From the NCBI GenBank assembly GCA_965208675.1, contig OZ242351.1, positions 3,136,001 to 3,200,000 on the forward strand: 64,000 nt of DNA, in the 5' to 3' direction. Shown here one piece after another: positions 9,445 to 18,687 of the stretch. Source of the stretch: Candidatus Poribacteria bacterium. GTDB taxonomy: Bacteria > Poribacteria > WGA-4E > PCPOR2b. A program made the position numbers and the translations under genes. Positions within the stretch are counted from its first letter, which is position 1. Each line of letters begins with the position of its first letter. The notes under the pieces were generated by a model. That model saw nothing but the letters and a program-made list of their open reading frames with translations, made no database searches and was not told the origin of the DNA.

Positions 9445-9460
9445 AGTAAATTGTGTGCCA
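9445..9460 (-). promoter_or_regulatory. Degenerate sigma-54 promoter
   Basis: TGGCACACAATTTACT: intact -24 element, -12 GC changed to AC; homologous to 9937-9952. Confidence 0.5.
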
Positions 9461-9721
9461 ATCTGAATACGCTCACGCTATTAGCATACGCCATTGTCTA
9501 TCTTTACTTGGAACCTCTCAAGGCAATTAGTAGTTTGCAGTCGTCTTACGATATATAACCTGCAACCTAGGATTTTGCCTTTTTAGGTACCGCTTAATTA
9601 TCTTGCGAAAATATCTATGGGTCTTGCGTTTAGCGTTCAAGTCGTCACCCCCGTTTAGTTAACCTTTTTTAGTGAAGCCCATGTAGTATCGAACGTTAAT
9701 TTTTTCACCAGGATAATGCTG

Positions 9722-9837
9722 CTAGTAGGTCTTACGTACTGCTACCGGCTCCACATAGTGGAACCGGCGACTTCCGAAATAGCTGCCGCAATCAATCCGC
9801 ATAGCAACTATTTCTGTCTAATCGTAAACATGGACAT
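9722..9837 (-). pseudogene. Decayed 5' fragment of a gene-A-type membrane anchor gene
   Basis: MSMFTIRQK then TAG, followed by frameshifted GSYFGSR; aligns to the 5' end of 8539-9348. Confidence 0.7.
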
Positions 9838-9936
9838 CACCTTCCTCACCCTGTCAATCCTCGCTCTTGCGAGAAATTTATGTCACCACTGCGGACCGTT
9901 CCGCAGTTCAAAGAGCTACTTAATGGGTATTTCATA

Positions 9937-9952
9937 AGCAAATTGCGTGCCA
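9937..9952 (-). promoter_or_regulatory. sigma-54 (-24/-12) promoter
   Basis: TGGCACGCAATTTGCT, perfect consensus. Confidence 0.85.
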
Positions 9953-9994
9953 AGACGAATAACCCCGTACAATTTAAGCTCCGATTTGACTCGG

Positions 9995-10194
9995 AAACCC
10001 TTGTGTGTCAAGGGATACGGGCAGTTAATTTTTTTCAGACTGAAACGGCAGCGTCCTGACGGGGCAGGCAAAGGGGGTGCAACATTTGTTTACAAAAATC
10101 GGGAAAATTGGGGGAAAAATAGCGCGTGAAACCTTGCTAGGTAAGGGTTTTGGGGGATGTGCGACAAAAGTTGACAAAAGCAAAAAATGTCGCA
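9995..10194. promoter_or_regulatory. Putative sigma-54 enhancer region, copy 2
   Basis: TGCAACATTTGTTTACA (10078); TGCGACAAAAGTTGACAAAAGCAAAAAATGTCGCA (10160-10194) identical to copies 1 and 3. Confidence 0.6.
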
Positions 10195-10315
10195 CCCTAT
10201 TTTGAAGACGGAAGCGTCAGCGGACACGGCGGAATGATACAAAATGGAGCAGGAATTGGGTGCTATGGTACGCAAACTCACCTGTATTTCGGATAACTGA
10301 AAGGTGAAAGCTCTT

Positions 10316-10503
10316 GTAGGTTGGGTAGAGATCAACTGAGCGAATAGCGAAGGCGATAGTCTTATCCGTACCGCCTCCAACAAACCGAACTCGCCGCAAT
10401 ATCCAAAAGCGTTGGATTGGTTGAATTCTGGTAGGCGGGAACTCCAATTCCCGACTGTATGTCTATAACCCCCTCTAGCTCCCCCTTGGTAAGGGGGAGG
10501 ATT
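10316..10503. repeat. Composite REP-like intergenic repeat
   Basis: Same modules as 2157-2640. Confidence 0.8.
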
Positions 10504-10570
10504 TTTCTGTATCATTCCCATGTGCAATTGATCTTGACAAATTAACGCATTAAAATCCCTGCGTTCGCGG

Positions 10571-11947
10571 TTACCATCGTTCGTCAGAAAATTGAGCATT
10601 TGGCAGGGCATAGTGTTCACCTTTTGTTACCTCAGGGGCGCGTCGCTGAAAGACATCCCTTTCGCTATGCCGCGGATGTTCATAACCGCCAATGACATAA
10701 ACAATGGCACCGGATTGGCGGCAAACGCTAATCGCCATATCCGGTGTGTATCCCCTCTCGCGGCGGCGGCTGGTCGGTTCATCCGTTACGATCATGAGGA
10801 CAAGTTGGCGATCCGCAGGCGTTTGAAGCTTGGGGACGCCTTCGATAATTGCATCGAGCAGGTGTTCATCGCCTTCCTTCGGCAGCTGGAATAACTTCTT
10901 GACCTGCACAGCATCTAACGGCGGTTTCGTCACCACGATTGAGCTTTCTCCCCCGCCTACTCGCGCCCAAAACCGGATAACCCCGAAACGATAGTCGAGT
11001 CCTCCTTCATCTAGGGTTTCCGCCAAAACATCAAATCCACCGCAAATATCTTCGACATCGGCTTTCATGCTAAAGCTGGAATCGAAGACGAAGACGATAT
11101 CGGCAGATTGCTTCGCCGCCGGAATCATGTGTTCGCCAATGAGTTCGAAAATCCCGCCAATTCTTTGAATCCGCTTATCCAAATATGAGGGTGTTCTTCG
11201 TACCTGCTGGTATTCGTCAACTGCGTACCACTTCCCGCCGGTCTCCTCCGCCAACTGTAGTTGCACGGCTTCATTTACCCCAATAACATTGATGTGAACA
11301 TCATCCTGCACACACCGCTCAATTATCTGATTGGTACGTTGCTGTGTTGCATTTGGTGCTTTCCATGCCGTCTGCAACGGGGAATTTGTGACGACAATCA
11401 TGTGCTTGGCGGCATCCGATCTGTAGTTCAACTCCCTTACCCCCCACATCATCGCCTCAAGTCCATATCCGGTCAAATGACTGCCTCGAAATTGTGTGTA
11501 GAAACTATCCTGGATAGCACGAAAGTCGTTCCTGAATTCGCTGCCCTCAAATTTTCCACCGCCCTGATTTTGAAACCAGACTGGCGCTATCCGGTAGTCG
11601 ACCCCCGACTCCTCGAACACACTCACCATATTGTCAAGCTGTTCTTCAATCTCCGCAATCGCCGCTTTCATCGTCTCGCCGTGTTCAATGACATAGACGA
11701 AATCAACCATCTTTTCCTTACCCTGACGGCTGGCGCGGCGTGTAATGCCGAGGAGGCTTTTACCAATATTAATCTCTGTTTTCTGCGCTTTTGCCTCATT
11801 TTTTGGACTGACCATAACTCGCCGCTTACGGCGCGGCGGCTGCACTCGTGCTTCGGCAATCGCTGAAAACCCATCAACACCAATCCAGATTGTCAGCATC
11901 ATTAAAGCCATTCCAGATTTCAATTTGACTGGTTTCAACATGTTCAT
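10571..11947 (-). CDS. Secreted double-VWA domain protein (copy 2)
   Basis: DIVFVFDSSFSM MIDAS, IVTDE; RFWARVGGGESS identical to copy 1; start ATG 11947 (RBS GGAAGGAG). Confidence 0.85.
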   Translation of the reverse strand: MNMLKPVKLKSGMALMMLTIWIGVDGFSAIAEARVQPPRRKRRVMVSPKNEAKAQKTEINIGKSLLGITRRASRQGKEKMVDFVYVIEHGETMKAAIAEIEEQLDNMVSVFEESGVDYRIAPVWFQNQGGGKFEGSEFRNDFRAIQDSFYTQFRGSHLTGYGLEAMMWGVRELNYRSDAAKHMIVVTNSPLQTAWKAPNATQQRTNQIIERCVQDDVHINVIGVNEAVQLQLAEETGGKWYAVDEYQQVRRTPSYLDKRIQRIGGIFELIGEHMIPAAKQSADIVFVFDSSFSMKADVEDICGGFDVLAETLDEGGLDYRFGVIRFWARVGGGESSIVVTKPPLDAVQVKKLFQLPKEGDEHLLDAIIEGVPKLQTPADRQLVLMIVTDEPTSRRRERGYTPDMAISVCRQSGAIVYVIGGYEHPRHSERDVFQRRAPEVTKGEHYALPNAQFSDERW

Positions 11948-12065
11948 TGATGCACTCTCCTTCCGTTCCGCTCTAGTCACGGCGGGTTACACTGCAATTC
12001 TCCCTGGCCGTAGCGACGAAATTCTGATTTTCGAATTACTGGTTTATCACTCCTACGGTACGGGC

Positions 12066-14267
12066 CTACTTGACAACCACCATCCGCCGTGTCGAGCTGT
12101 GATCGCCCGCCGCGAGTTGAATGTAATACGTTCCGCTTGTGACGGGTTCTCCGTTTTGGTTGCGGCCGTCCCAATGCGCTGCGCTGGCTTTGTCTCGGTA
12201 GACGCCCGATGGTTGATGCCCAATGTCGAGGGTGCGGACGATATGACCGCGCTGGTCGTAGATGCTAAAGGTTACGACCGAATCGTCCGCCAACTGATAA
12301 GGTATCCAAGTCTCCGGGTTGAACGGATTCGGATAATTTTGCAGCAACGCTGTCCGTTTGATGTTTCCCAAGGTTGTTATGCGTCGTTCCGACGGTTCCA
12401 CCGCTAATTGGATTGAAGACTCAACTTCCCACAATAACACCGTGCCGTCCTGACTCCCGCTCGCCAGTGTGCGTCCATCAGGACTGAACGCCACGCTCTC
12501 GACCGGAGCTGTATGCCCTTTGAGTGTCCGCCGGTGTTTTCCGGTTTCAATGTCCCACAGTCGGATAGTATTGTCCTCGCTTCCACTAGCGATGGTCTCT
12601 CCATCGGGACTGAACGCCACGCTCTCGACCGGAGCTGTATGCCCTTTGAGTGTCCGCCGGTGTTTTCCGGTTTCAATGTCCCACAGTTGGACCGTACCGT
12701 TGATACTTCCGCTAACGATGGTGTTTCCATCGGGACTGAACGCAACACTTTCGACTTGAAGTGCATGCTCCATGAGTGTTTTCAGGTGTTTTCCGGTATC
12801 AGCGTTCCACAGCCGGATGGTATCGTCCTTGCTTCCACTAGCGATGGTTTTTCCATCGGGACTAAACACAACACTTAGGACGAACCATTCATGCCCCTTG
12901 AGCGTTTGCTGATGTTCTCCGGTATCGGCGTTCCACAGCCGGATATCTTCCCAATTCCCGCTAGCGATGGTCTTTCCATCGGGACTAAACACAACGCTGG
13001 AGACCCAACCTGAGAGCGTTTTCAGGTGTTTTCCGGTATCAGCGTTCCACAGCCGGATGGTATCGTCCAAGCTACCACTGGCGAGTATGTGTCCATCGGG
13101 ACTAAACGCTACACTGTCGACCCAATCTGTATGCCCCATGAGTGTTCTCAAATGTTTTCCGGTATCAGCGTTCCACAGCCGGATATCTTCCCAATTCCCG
13201 CTAGCGATGGTCTTTCCATCGGGACTAAACGCAACGCTTTCGACTGGAGTTGTATGTCCCATGAGTGTTTTCAGTTGTTTTCCGGTATCAACGTTCCAAA
13301 GGCGGATGGTACCGTCCAAACTCCCGCTGGTGATGGCGGTTCCATTGGGACTAAACGCCATACTTTCGACGCAAGTTGAATGCCCGGTGAGCGTTTGCTG
13401 GTGCTCTCCGGTATGAGCGTTCCACAGTTGGATTTCATCCCAATTCCCGCTAGCGATGGTCTTTCCATCGGGACTGAACGCAACGCTGGAGACCCAATGC
13501 CTATGCCCCTTGAGCGTTTTAAGAGTTTTCAAGTGTTCTCCGGCATGGGCGTTCCACAGGCGTATGGTATGGTCCCCGCTCCCGCTAGCGATGGTTTTTC
13601 CGTCGGGACTAAACGCAACGCTTGAGACCCAATCTGTATGCCCGATGAGCGTTTGCTGGTGTTTGCCGGTATGAGCGCTCCACAAGCGGATGGTGCTGTC
13701 CCGACTCCCACTCACGATTGTGTTTCCGTCGGGACTGAATGCAACGGTTTCGACCCCATCTGAATGCCCGTCCAACGTTCGCTGGTGTTTTCTGCCAAAT
13801 GTGTTCCACAGGCGGATGGTACCGTCCTTGCTCCCGCTAGCGACGGTTTTTCCATCGGGACTAAACGCAACGCTTGAGACCCAATCTGTATGCCCCTTGA
13901 ATTTTTGCTGGTGTCTTCCGCTATCAGCGCTCCACAGGCGGACGGTATTGTCCACGCTTCCACTAGCGATGGTTTTTCCATCGGGACTAAACGCAACGCT
14001 ACTGACCGAATGCATATTTCTAGTGAGCAGAGCAACCTCTTGATGAGTCGCCGTATCGTAGAGCCATATTCCGATACTGCTGGCAACCGCAAGGCGGGTG
14101 CCGTCGGGCGAATACTGTATTTCATTTATCACACCTTTACCGAGGCGCGCTTGGGCGCCCTTGGGCAGCCCCCATAGCGGAAAATCTTGGGCGCCGCCGG
14201 GCGGTACGCACAGCACGGAAATAAAAAAGGATAATAGGCTAAGCTTGAAAATCATTGCTTTCTCCAA
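12066..14267 (-). CDS. Secreted WD40-repeat protein with C-terminal FlgD-Ig/T9SS-CTD-like domain (copy 2)
   Basis: WD40 repeats, signal peptide, and QNYPNPFNPETWIPYQL tail nearly identical to copy 1. Confidence 0.92.
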   Translation of the reverse strand: MEKAMIFKLSLLSFFISVLCVPPGGAQDFPLWGLPKGAQARLGKGVINEIQYSPDGTRLAVASSIGIWLYDTATHQEVALLTRNMHSVSSVAFSPDGKTIASGSVDNTVRLWSADSGRHQQKFKGHTDWVSSVAFSPDGKTVASGSKDGTIRLWNTFGRKHQRTLDGHSDGVETVAFSPDGNTIVSGSRDSTIRLWSAHTGKHQQTLIGHTDWVSSVAFSPDGKTIASGSGDHTIRLWNAHAGEHLKTLKTLKGHRHWVSSVAFSPDGKTIASGNWDEIQLWNAHTGEHQQTLTGHSTCVESMAFSPNGTAITSGSLDGTIRLWNVDTGKQLKTLMGHTTPVESVAFSPDGKTIASGNWEDIRLWNADTGKHLRTLMGHTDWVDSVAFSPDGHILASGSLDDTIRLWNADTGKHLKTLSGWVSSVVFSPDGKTIASGNWEDIRLWNADTGEHQQTLKGHEWFVLSVVFSPDGKTIASGSKDDTIRLWNADTGKHLKTLMEHALQVESVAFSPDGNTIVSGSINGTVQLWDIETGKHRRTLKGHTAPVESVAFSPDGETIASGSEDNTIRLWDIETGKHRRTLKGHTAPVESVAFSPDGRTLASGSQDGTVLLWEVESSIQLAVEPSERRITTLGNIKRTALLQNYPNPFNPETWIPYQLADDSVVTFSIYDQRGHIVRTLDIGHQPSGVYRDKASAAHWDGRNQNGEPVTSGTYYIQLAAGDHSSTRRMVVVK

Positions 14268-14356
14268 TCGTTAAATGCGGTGGTCAGTGTCCAGTTGCCA
14301 GCAAATGCTATTCACTGGCAACTGGACACGCGTTTTCGCGTAGTGATGCGTTGTTT

Positions 14357-14779
14357 CTAATCCTCGCCTTCTGGCGGAGTGATTACGTGCGATGTCTTTT
14401 CACTAAACGACTTTCTAGTTGCATTGTACCGCACGTCATGTGTTCGTTTATGATGCCAGTTATGCACATCTCTACCACTCACATAACCACTTGCACTGCC
14501 GCTCTTATTATCCGCTCCTCCCATGGAAACGGATACACTCGCTACCGTCCCGGGGTGGATAGTGTCACTATCACTATCGGATTTATTTCCAATACTAACT
14601 GACGCTTTGACTGTTCCGGACACAAGCCCAGTGCTGTTCGCTCCGCCAGTTAGCGAAATGGTTCCAGCAGTCGCATTGCGGCTCCCGCTAGCCCAAGCGT
14701 TATACGCACTTACGCTAATACAAACAATTAGGGAGGTAAACACAAAAATACTCAACGTGACCAACACTTTCACTTTCAT
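14357..14779 (-). CDS. Small secreted Gly/Ser-rich hypothetical protein (gene B, copy 2)
   Basis: Signal peptide ending VSVSA-like ISVSA|YNA; RBS AAGGAG; paralog of 701-1048. Confidence 0.75.
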   Translation of the reverse strand: MKVKVLVTLSIFVFTSLIVCISVSAYNAWASGSRNATAGTISLTGGANSTGLVSGTVKASVSIGNKSDSDSDTIHPGTVASVSVSMGGADNKSGSASGYVSGRDVHNWHHKRTHDVRYNATRKSFSEKTSHVITPPEGED

Positions 14780-14797
14780 GGTATTCTCCTTTTTGTT

Positions 14798-15580
14798 TTA
14801 GTAGTCGTTAAGAACAGTTGCCGGGTCATAACCGGCATCACTGTAATCAACAAAGGTTACATCGGGATGCATCGTCACATAAGCGCCCGACATTAATTCT
14901 TCCACTGTAAAAAGATTCCCATCTTCATTGAGTAATGGCTCAACCGTGCTTGAAATACCAAGTCTGTAGCTAATATACGGCACCTCAAGCGACTCTCCAT
15001 TGAGGTTTTCACCAACGTAACTATCCCACTCAACATAAACCACATCGTGATAGATTGGGTACACCTTACCGGTATCTTCATCAAGAACACCGTATACAAT
15101 TTCGTGGTCTCCCTGATTCCACAATTCTATCAAGACACGGTCAATTATCACATGGTCGGCGTGAAGAATCTCGTCAAAAAAGTCTTCGAGCCAAACTGGT
15201 CTAATGTTTGATGGAAACCCTTCAGGCACATCAGGGAAATTCTTCCCTTCATCCTTTTCAAGTGAGGACAGGGTGTCAGCAAGAGTCGTTGACTCGTCAT
15301 TGCCAAGAAAATCTTGCAGAGTTTCCGACTCTTCATGAGTGATGTTGTTTTGCCCCGGTTCGAGTTGTGATTCAGACATTGATGGGGCATCTTGAGTAAC
15401 AGAAGCGCAGGCAGGACAATTCATCTGTCCGGCATACCGTTTGGCAGTCAACAGGTGTTCCGGCACGGGATTCACATCCGGACCATGTAACCAGCGGCTT
15501 CCGAAATAGCTGCCTGCAACCAGTAACACCGCGAACAAAACTGTGGCGCCCACTACAAGTCTCTGTTTACTCGTTAACAT
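14798..15580 (-). CDS. N-terminally membrane-anchored hypothetical protein (gene A, copy 2)
   Basis: Start moved to ATG 15580 because the longer ORF start lies in the sigma-54 promoter; TM + YFGSRW; core shared with 1061-1687. Confidence 0.8.
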   Translation of the reverse strand: MLTSKQRLVVGATVLFAVLLVAGSYFGSRWLHGPDVNPVPEHLLTAKRYAGQMNCPACASVTQDAPSMSESQLEPGQNNITHEESETLQDFLGNDESTTLADTLSSLEKDEGKNFPDVPEGFPSNIRPVWLEDFFDEILHADHVIIDRVLIELWNQGDHEIVYGVLDEDTGKVYPIYHDVVYVEWDSYVGENLNGESLEVPYISYRLGISSTVEPLLNEDGNLFTVEELMSGAYVTMHPDVTFVDYSDAGYDPATVLNDY

Positions 15581-15671
15581 TGTTATCACCTTTCTACCGC
15601 TGTCTCTTCTTGGTTGAGAGGAATTTATGTGACCGCTGCAGACCGTTCTGCAGCTTGTGATATTGTCTATA

Positions 15672-15687
15672 AGCAAAATACATGCCA
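15672..15687 (-). promoter_or_regulatory. sigma-54 (-24/-12) promoter
   Basis: TGGCATGTATTTTGCT with exact spacing. Confidence 0.8.
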
Positions 15688-15729
15688 ATACATATAGTCA
15701 CCGTCATTTTAGGTGCGGTTTTGGCGAAT

Positions 15730-15928
15730 AAACCCTGATGTATCAAGGGATACGGGCAATTTTATTTTTTTTGGTTAGGGACGGCATAGCTTTGAATGCC
15801 TATGGCAATGGATGCGACATTTGTTGACACAATTGAAGGAAATTTGGGGTTGCCGGCGCGTGAAGCCTTGCCACACAAGGGTTTTGGGGGATGTGCGACA
15901 AAAGTTGACAAAAGCAAAAAATGTCGCA
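15730..15928. promoter_or_regulatory. Putative sigma-54 enhancer region, copy 3
   Basis: TATCAAGGGATAC (IHF-like); TGCGACA boxes at 15813 and 15894, inverted at 15922. Confidence 0.6.
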
Positions 15929-16029
15929 CCTCTTCTTAAGATGGCGGTACCAAACCGGTATGTATACGGTGCTGAAAGCAAATGTTTAAAAAGACAATCG
16001 CCGCTCCACTTTTCGGCCGGTGATTTACG

Positions 16030-16300
16030 GCAACGGCATGAACGCCGACTCAGCGCACATCTTGACCTCCCCAAGAGTTTGGCGGCAATCGTCTGCTTAC
16101 TATTGACACGCTTGAGGGATTCGGATATCAAAACGCGCACTGTTTCTTTCAAACCGGGAAGTGCGGCTATGCCCGCCGATTTATTCGCCAACGCACCTGC
16201 GTTAAGCGTTGTGTTCTTCCGGCAATCGAAAGATTGCATGTCAATCTCTCGCCGGGCTTTTTTTTGTACTAGTTTCCAACAACCCCTCCCAATGTTGCCG
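16030..16300 (-). pseudogene. Eroded C-terminus of a sigma-54 enhancer-binding protein (Fis-type HTH)
   Basis: LPGLKETVRVLISESLKRVNSKQTIAAKLLGRSRCALSRR matches the HTH_8 pattern; upstream GGNIG resembles a decayed PGNIREL; no intact AAA+ domain. Confidence 0.6.
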
Positions 16301-16738
16301 CCAAACCCGATGCTCCGGCACCTGCATTCGCCGTAAATCGCAGCACACTTCACGCTAGTCTGCCTCGGAATCTTGAAACCATTTTGAAATTAAAGTGATA
16401 TACTGAACATCAACTCCAGAATTTTCGCACGAGATGGGCGGCATTGAGTATCATAAGGCGAATACGCTTGCGGCGGTATACATAACGCGAAACGAAAAAA
16501 TATGATGATTGAACCGTTTTAGAGTAGATTTCCGGGCTATCGCCTATAGCTTTTTCGCGTTAATCGCCAAAATTCAAAGCGTTGAATTGAAAAAAAGAGC
16601 GTATACTATTGGGAAGATAGAAAAATCCTAGGCATGAACTGTCGGTTGATTTACAGAAAGATTTGTCATTACAGCGCAACCGGCGCACAAAGACGCTCTA
16701 GCCAAAAAAATTACTCACCCGTATGAGATGAAAGAACG

Positions 16739-18469
16739 TTGAATCGACCGAGGAAAATTTCCAGGCGCGCATTCCTGCAGCAGTCCTCCGGCGCGATTGC
16801 GATGGGATTCGTAGGATTACATAAACTCTTTGCCGATTCCGCATCAGGCCAGGGTTCAGGCGGATTCATTGTAGAGCGGTACGGTAATCTGATCGCTGAT
16901 CCCGATGGAATTCTTGACCTGCCGCCAGGATTTGCTTATCGGGTCTTCTCCAGGACAGGCGATCTCATGGATGATGGCTTGTTAGTACCGGGCGACCACG
17001 ACGGCATGGCTGCCTATCCGAGGCAAGACGGAAAGACGGTTCTTGTCCGCAACCACGAGTTAAGCGCTGACGAGATTGAAAAAAGCCCATTCGGCACAGC
17101 GAATGAACTCGTCGGCCAGGTGCCGCTCGAAAAAATGTTCGATCCGGGCCTCCCGGATATCGGCGGTACGACAACCATGGTTTATGACACTCAAACCGGA
17201 ACGCTGGAAAGCCATTTCCTGAGCCTTGCCGGTACGCTTCGGAATTGCGCCGGGGGACCGACGCCTTGGAATAGTTGGGTTACTTGCGAAGAATCCGTCC
17301 AGAGAGCGGTAGACGGCCATGAGCGAGACCACGGTTATAATTTTGACGTTCCCGCCGATGCCGCCGAATTAGTAGATCCGGTTCCCCTGACAGACATGGG
17401 ACGGTTCTATCATGAGGCGATTGCTGTAGATCCAAATAGCTGGATTGTCTACCAAACCGAAGACCGAAGTGATGGACTCATCTATCGCTTCATTCCGAAT
17501 CAACCCGGAAACCTCGCCGCGGGCGGTCGCCTTCAGGCGCTGGCAATTAGAGATATGCCAAGCGTGGACACCAGGAATTGGGAGCGCCGCGCCGTCCACG
17601 TTGGACAGGCTTTAGATGTCTCGTGGATTGATATCGTTAATGTCGAATCGCCGGAGGACGACCTGCGCCACCAAGGCTTCTCAAACGGTGCCGCGATGTT
17701 CGCGCGGGGTGAGGGTATGTGGTACGGAAACGGCGCAATTTACTTCGCGTGCACCAACGGCGGCGCCGCAAGGACCGGACAGATTTGGCGTTACATTCCC
17801 AGCCGGTTTGAAGGCACAACTGCAGAGGATATTTACCCAGGGCAGCTTGACCTATTCATCGAGCCGAACAATAGCAATCTTTTGGAAAATGCCGACAATG
17901 TCACCGTCGCACCGTGGGGCGATTTGATTCTGTGTGAAGATGGTGTCGGAGTACAGTTCCTAGTGGGTGTAACACCAGAAGGCAACCTCTACAAATTTGG
18001 AAAGAACTCGCTAAACGATTCGGAACTTGCGGGAGCCACATTCTCGCCGGACGGCACAACCCTGTTCGTCAACATTCAATTTCCGGGTCTGACACTCGCC
18101 ATCACGGGGCCTTTTCATTCAGCACGGGTTTTAGGTGAATCTGCGCGGAAACCCGCCGCAACCTTCGGTCAAATTAAGCGCGCCGAGCTTTTCCAAAACT
18201 ACCCCAACCCCTTCAACCCTGATACATGGATTCCCTTTAAACTCGCCGAGGCTGCCGACGTAAGAATGGATATCTTTAGTTCGACCGGCAGCCTAGTGAG
18301 GCGGCTAAATCTGGGATACCTACCCGCCGGCGACTATCGCCATCGTTCTAAAGCAGCGTATTGGGACGGCCGAAACAGCTACGGAGAAAGAGTATCAAGC
18401 GGACTCTATTTCCTGCAGATGCACGCCGGTGATTATACATCCAGGCAGAAACTAGAGGTTCGGCAATAA
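16739..18469 (+). CDS. phoX: PhoX-family (DUF839) alkaline phosphatase, Tat-exported, with C-terminal FlgD-Ig/T9SS-CTD-like domain
   Basis: SRRAFL Tat motif; HDGM, LVRNHE, NCAGGPTPWNSWVTCEE, GRFYHEA, YQTED, RGEG, ADN, CED, ELAGATFSPDG..LFVNIQ motifs; QNYPNPFNP tail. Confidence 0.88.
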   Translation: MNRPRKISRRAFLQQSSGAIAMGFVGLHKLFADSASGQGSGGFIVERYGNLIADPDGILDLPPGFAYRVFSRTGDLMDDGLLVPGDHDGMAAYPRQDGKTVLVRNHELSADEIEKSPFGTANELVGQVPLEKMFDPGLPDIGGTTTMVYDTQTGTLESHFLSLAGTLRNCAGGPTPWNSWVTCEESVQRAVDGHERDHGYNFDVPADAAELVDPVPLTDMGRFYHEAIAVDPNSWIVYQTEDRSDGLIYRFIPNQPGNLAAGGRLQALAIRDMPSVDTRNWERRAVHVGQALDVSWIDIVNVESPEDDLRHQGFSNGAAMFARGEGMWYGNGAIYFACTNGGAARTGQIWRYIPSRFEGTTAEDIYPGQLDLFIEPNNSNLLENADNVTVAPWGDLILCEDGVGVQFLVGVTPEGNLYKFGKNSLNDSELAGATFSPDGTTLFVNIQFPGLTLAITGPFHSARVLGESARKPAATFGQIKRAELFQNYPNPFNPDTWIPFKLAEAADVRMDIFSSTGSLVRRLNLGYLPAGDYRHRSKAAYWDGRNSYGERVSSGLYFLQMHAGDYTSRQKLEVRQ

Positions 18470-18687
18470 CCTCCCAAAACTTGTCCAATAATCGTCTCAA
18501 AATCTCCATCGCTTTGTTGCAATTCCTCCTAATTATTGTCACATTCCAGCCGTAAATTAAAAGCACCAAAATATGGCTCTGTTTTAATCGTCGATCCAAC
18601 CTTGGCAGATATCTATAATGCCATAACTATTCCCGTCCCATCCGCCGGAAACTTCGCAGTTCGCCGCCTCGCATCGAAATTCCTTTT

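Noticed and set aside
12440-12720. Possible DGR template/variable repeat pair
   Set aside because: Both copies are in-frame WD40 units, the differences are not adenine-specific, and there is no reverse transcriptase in the window
16639-16670. Pho box upstream of phoX (also near 18535)
   Set aside because: Only weak CTGTC/TTTACA/TTGTCAT half-sites with imperfect 11-bp phasing
4188-18469. Bona fide type IX secretion substrates
   Set aside because: The QNYPNPFN domain resembles T9SS CTD/FlgD-Ig, but no T9SS machinery is visible here; cannot be concluded from this window
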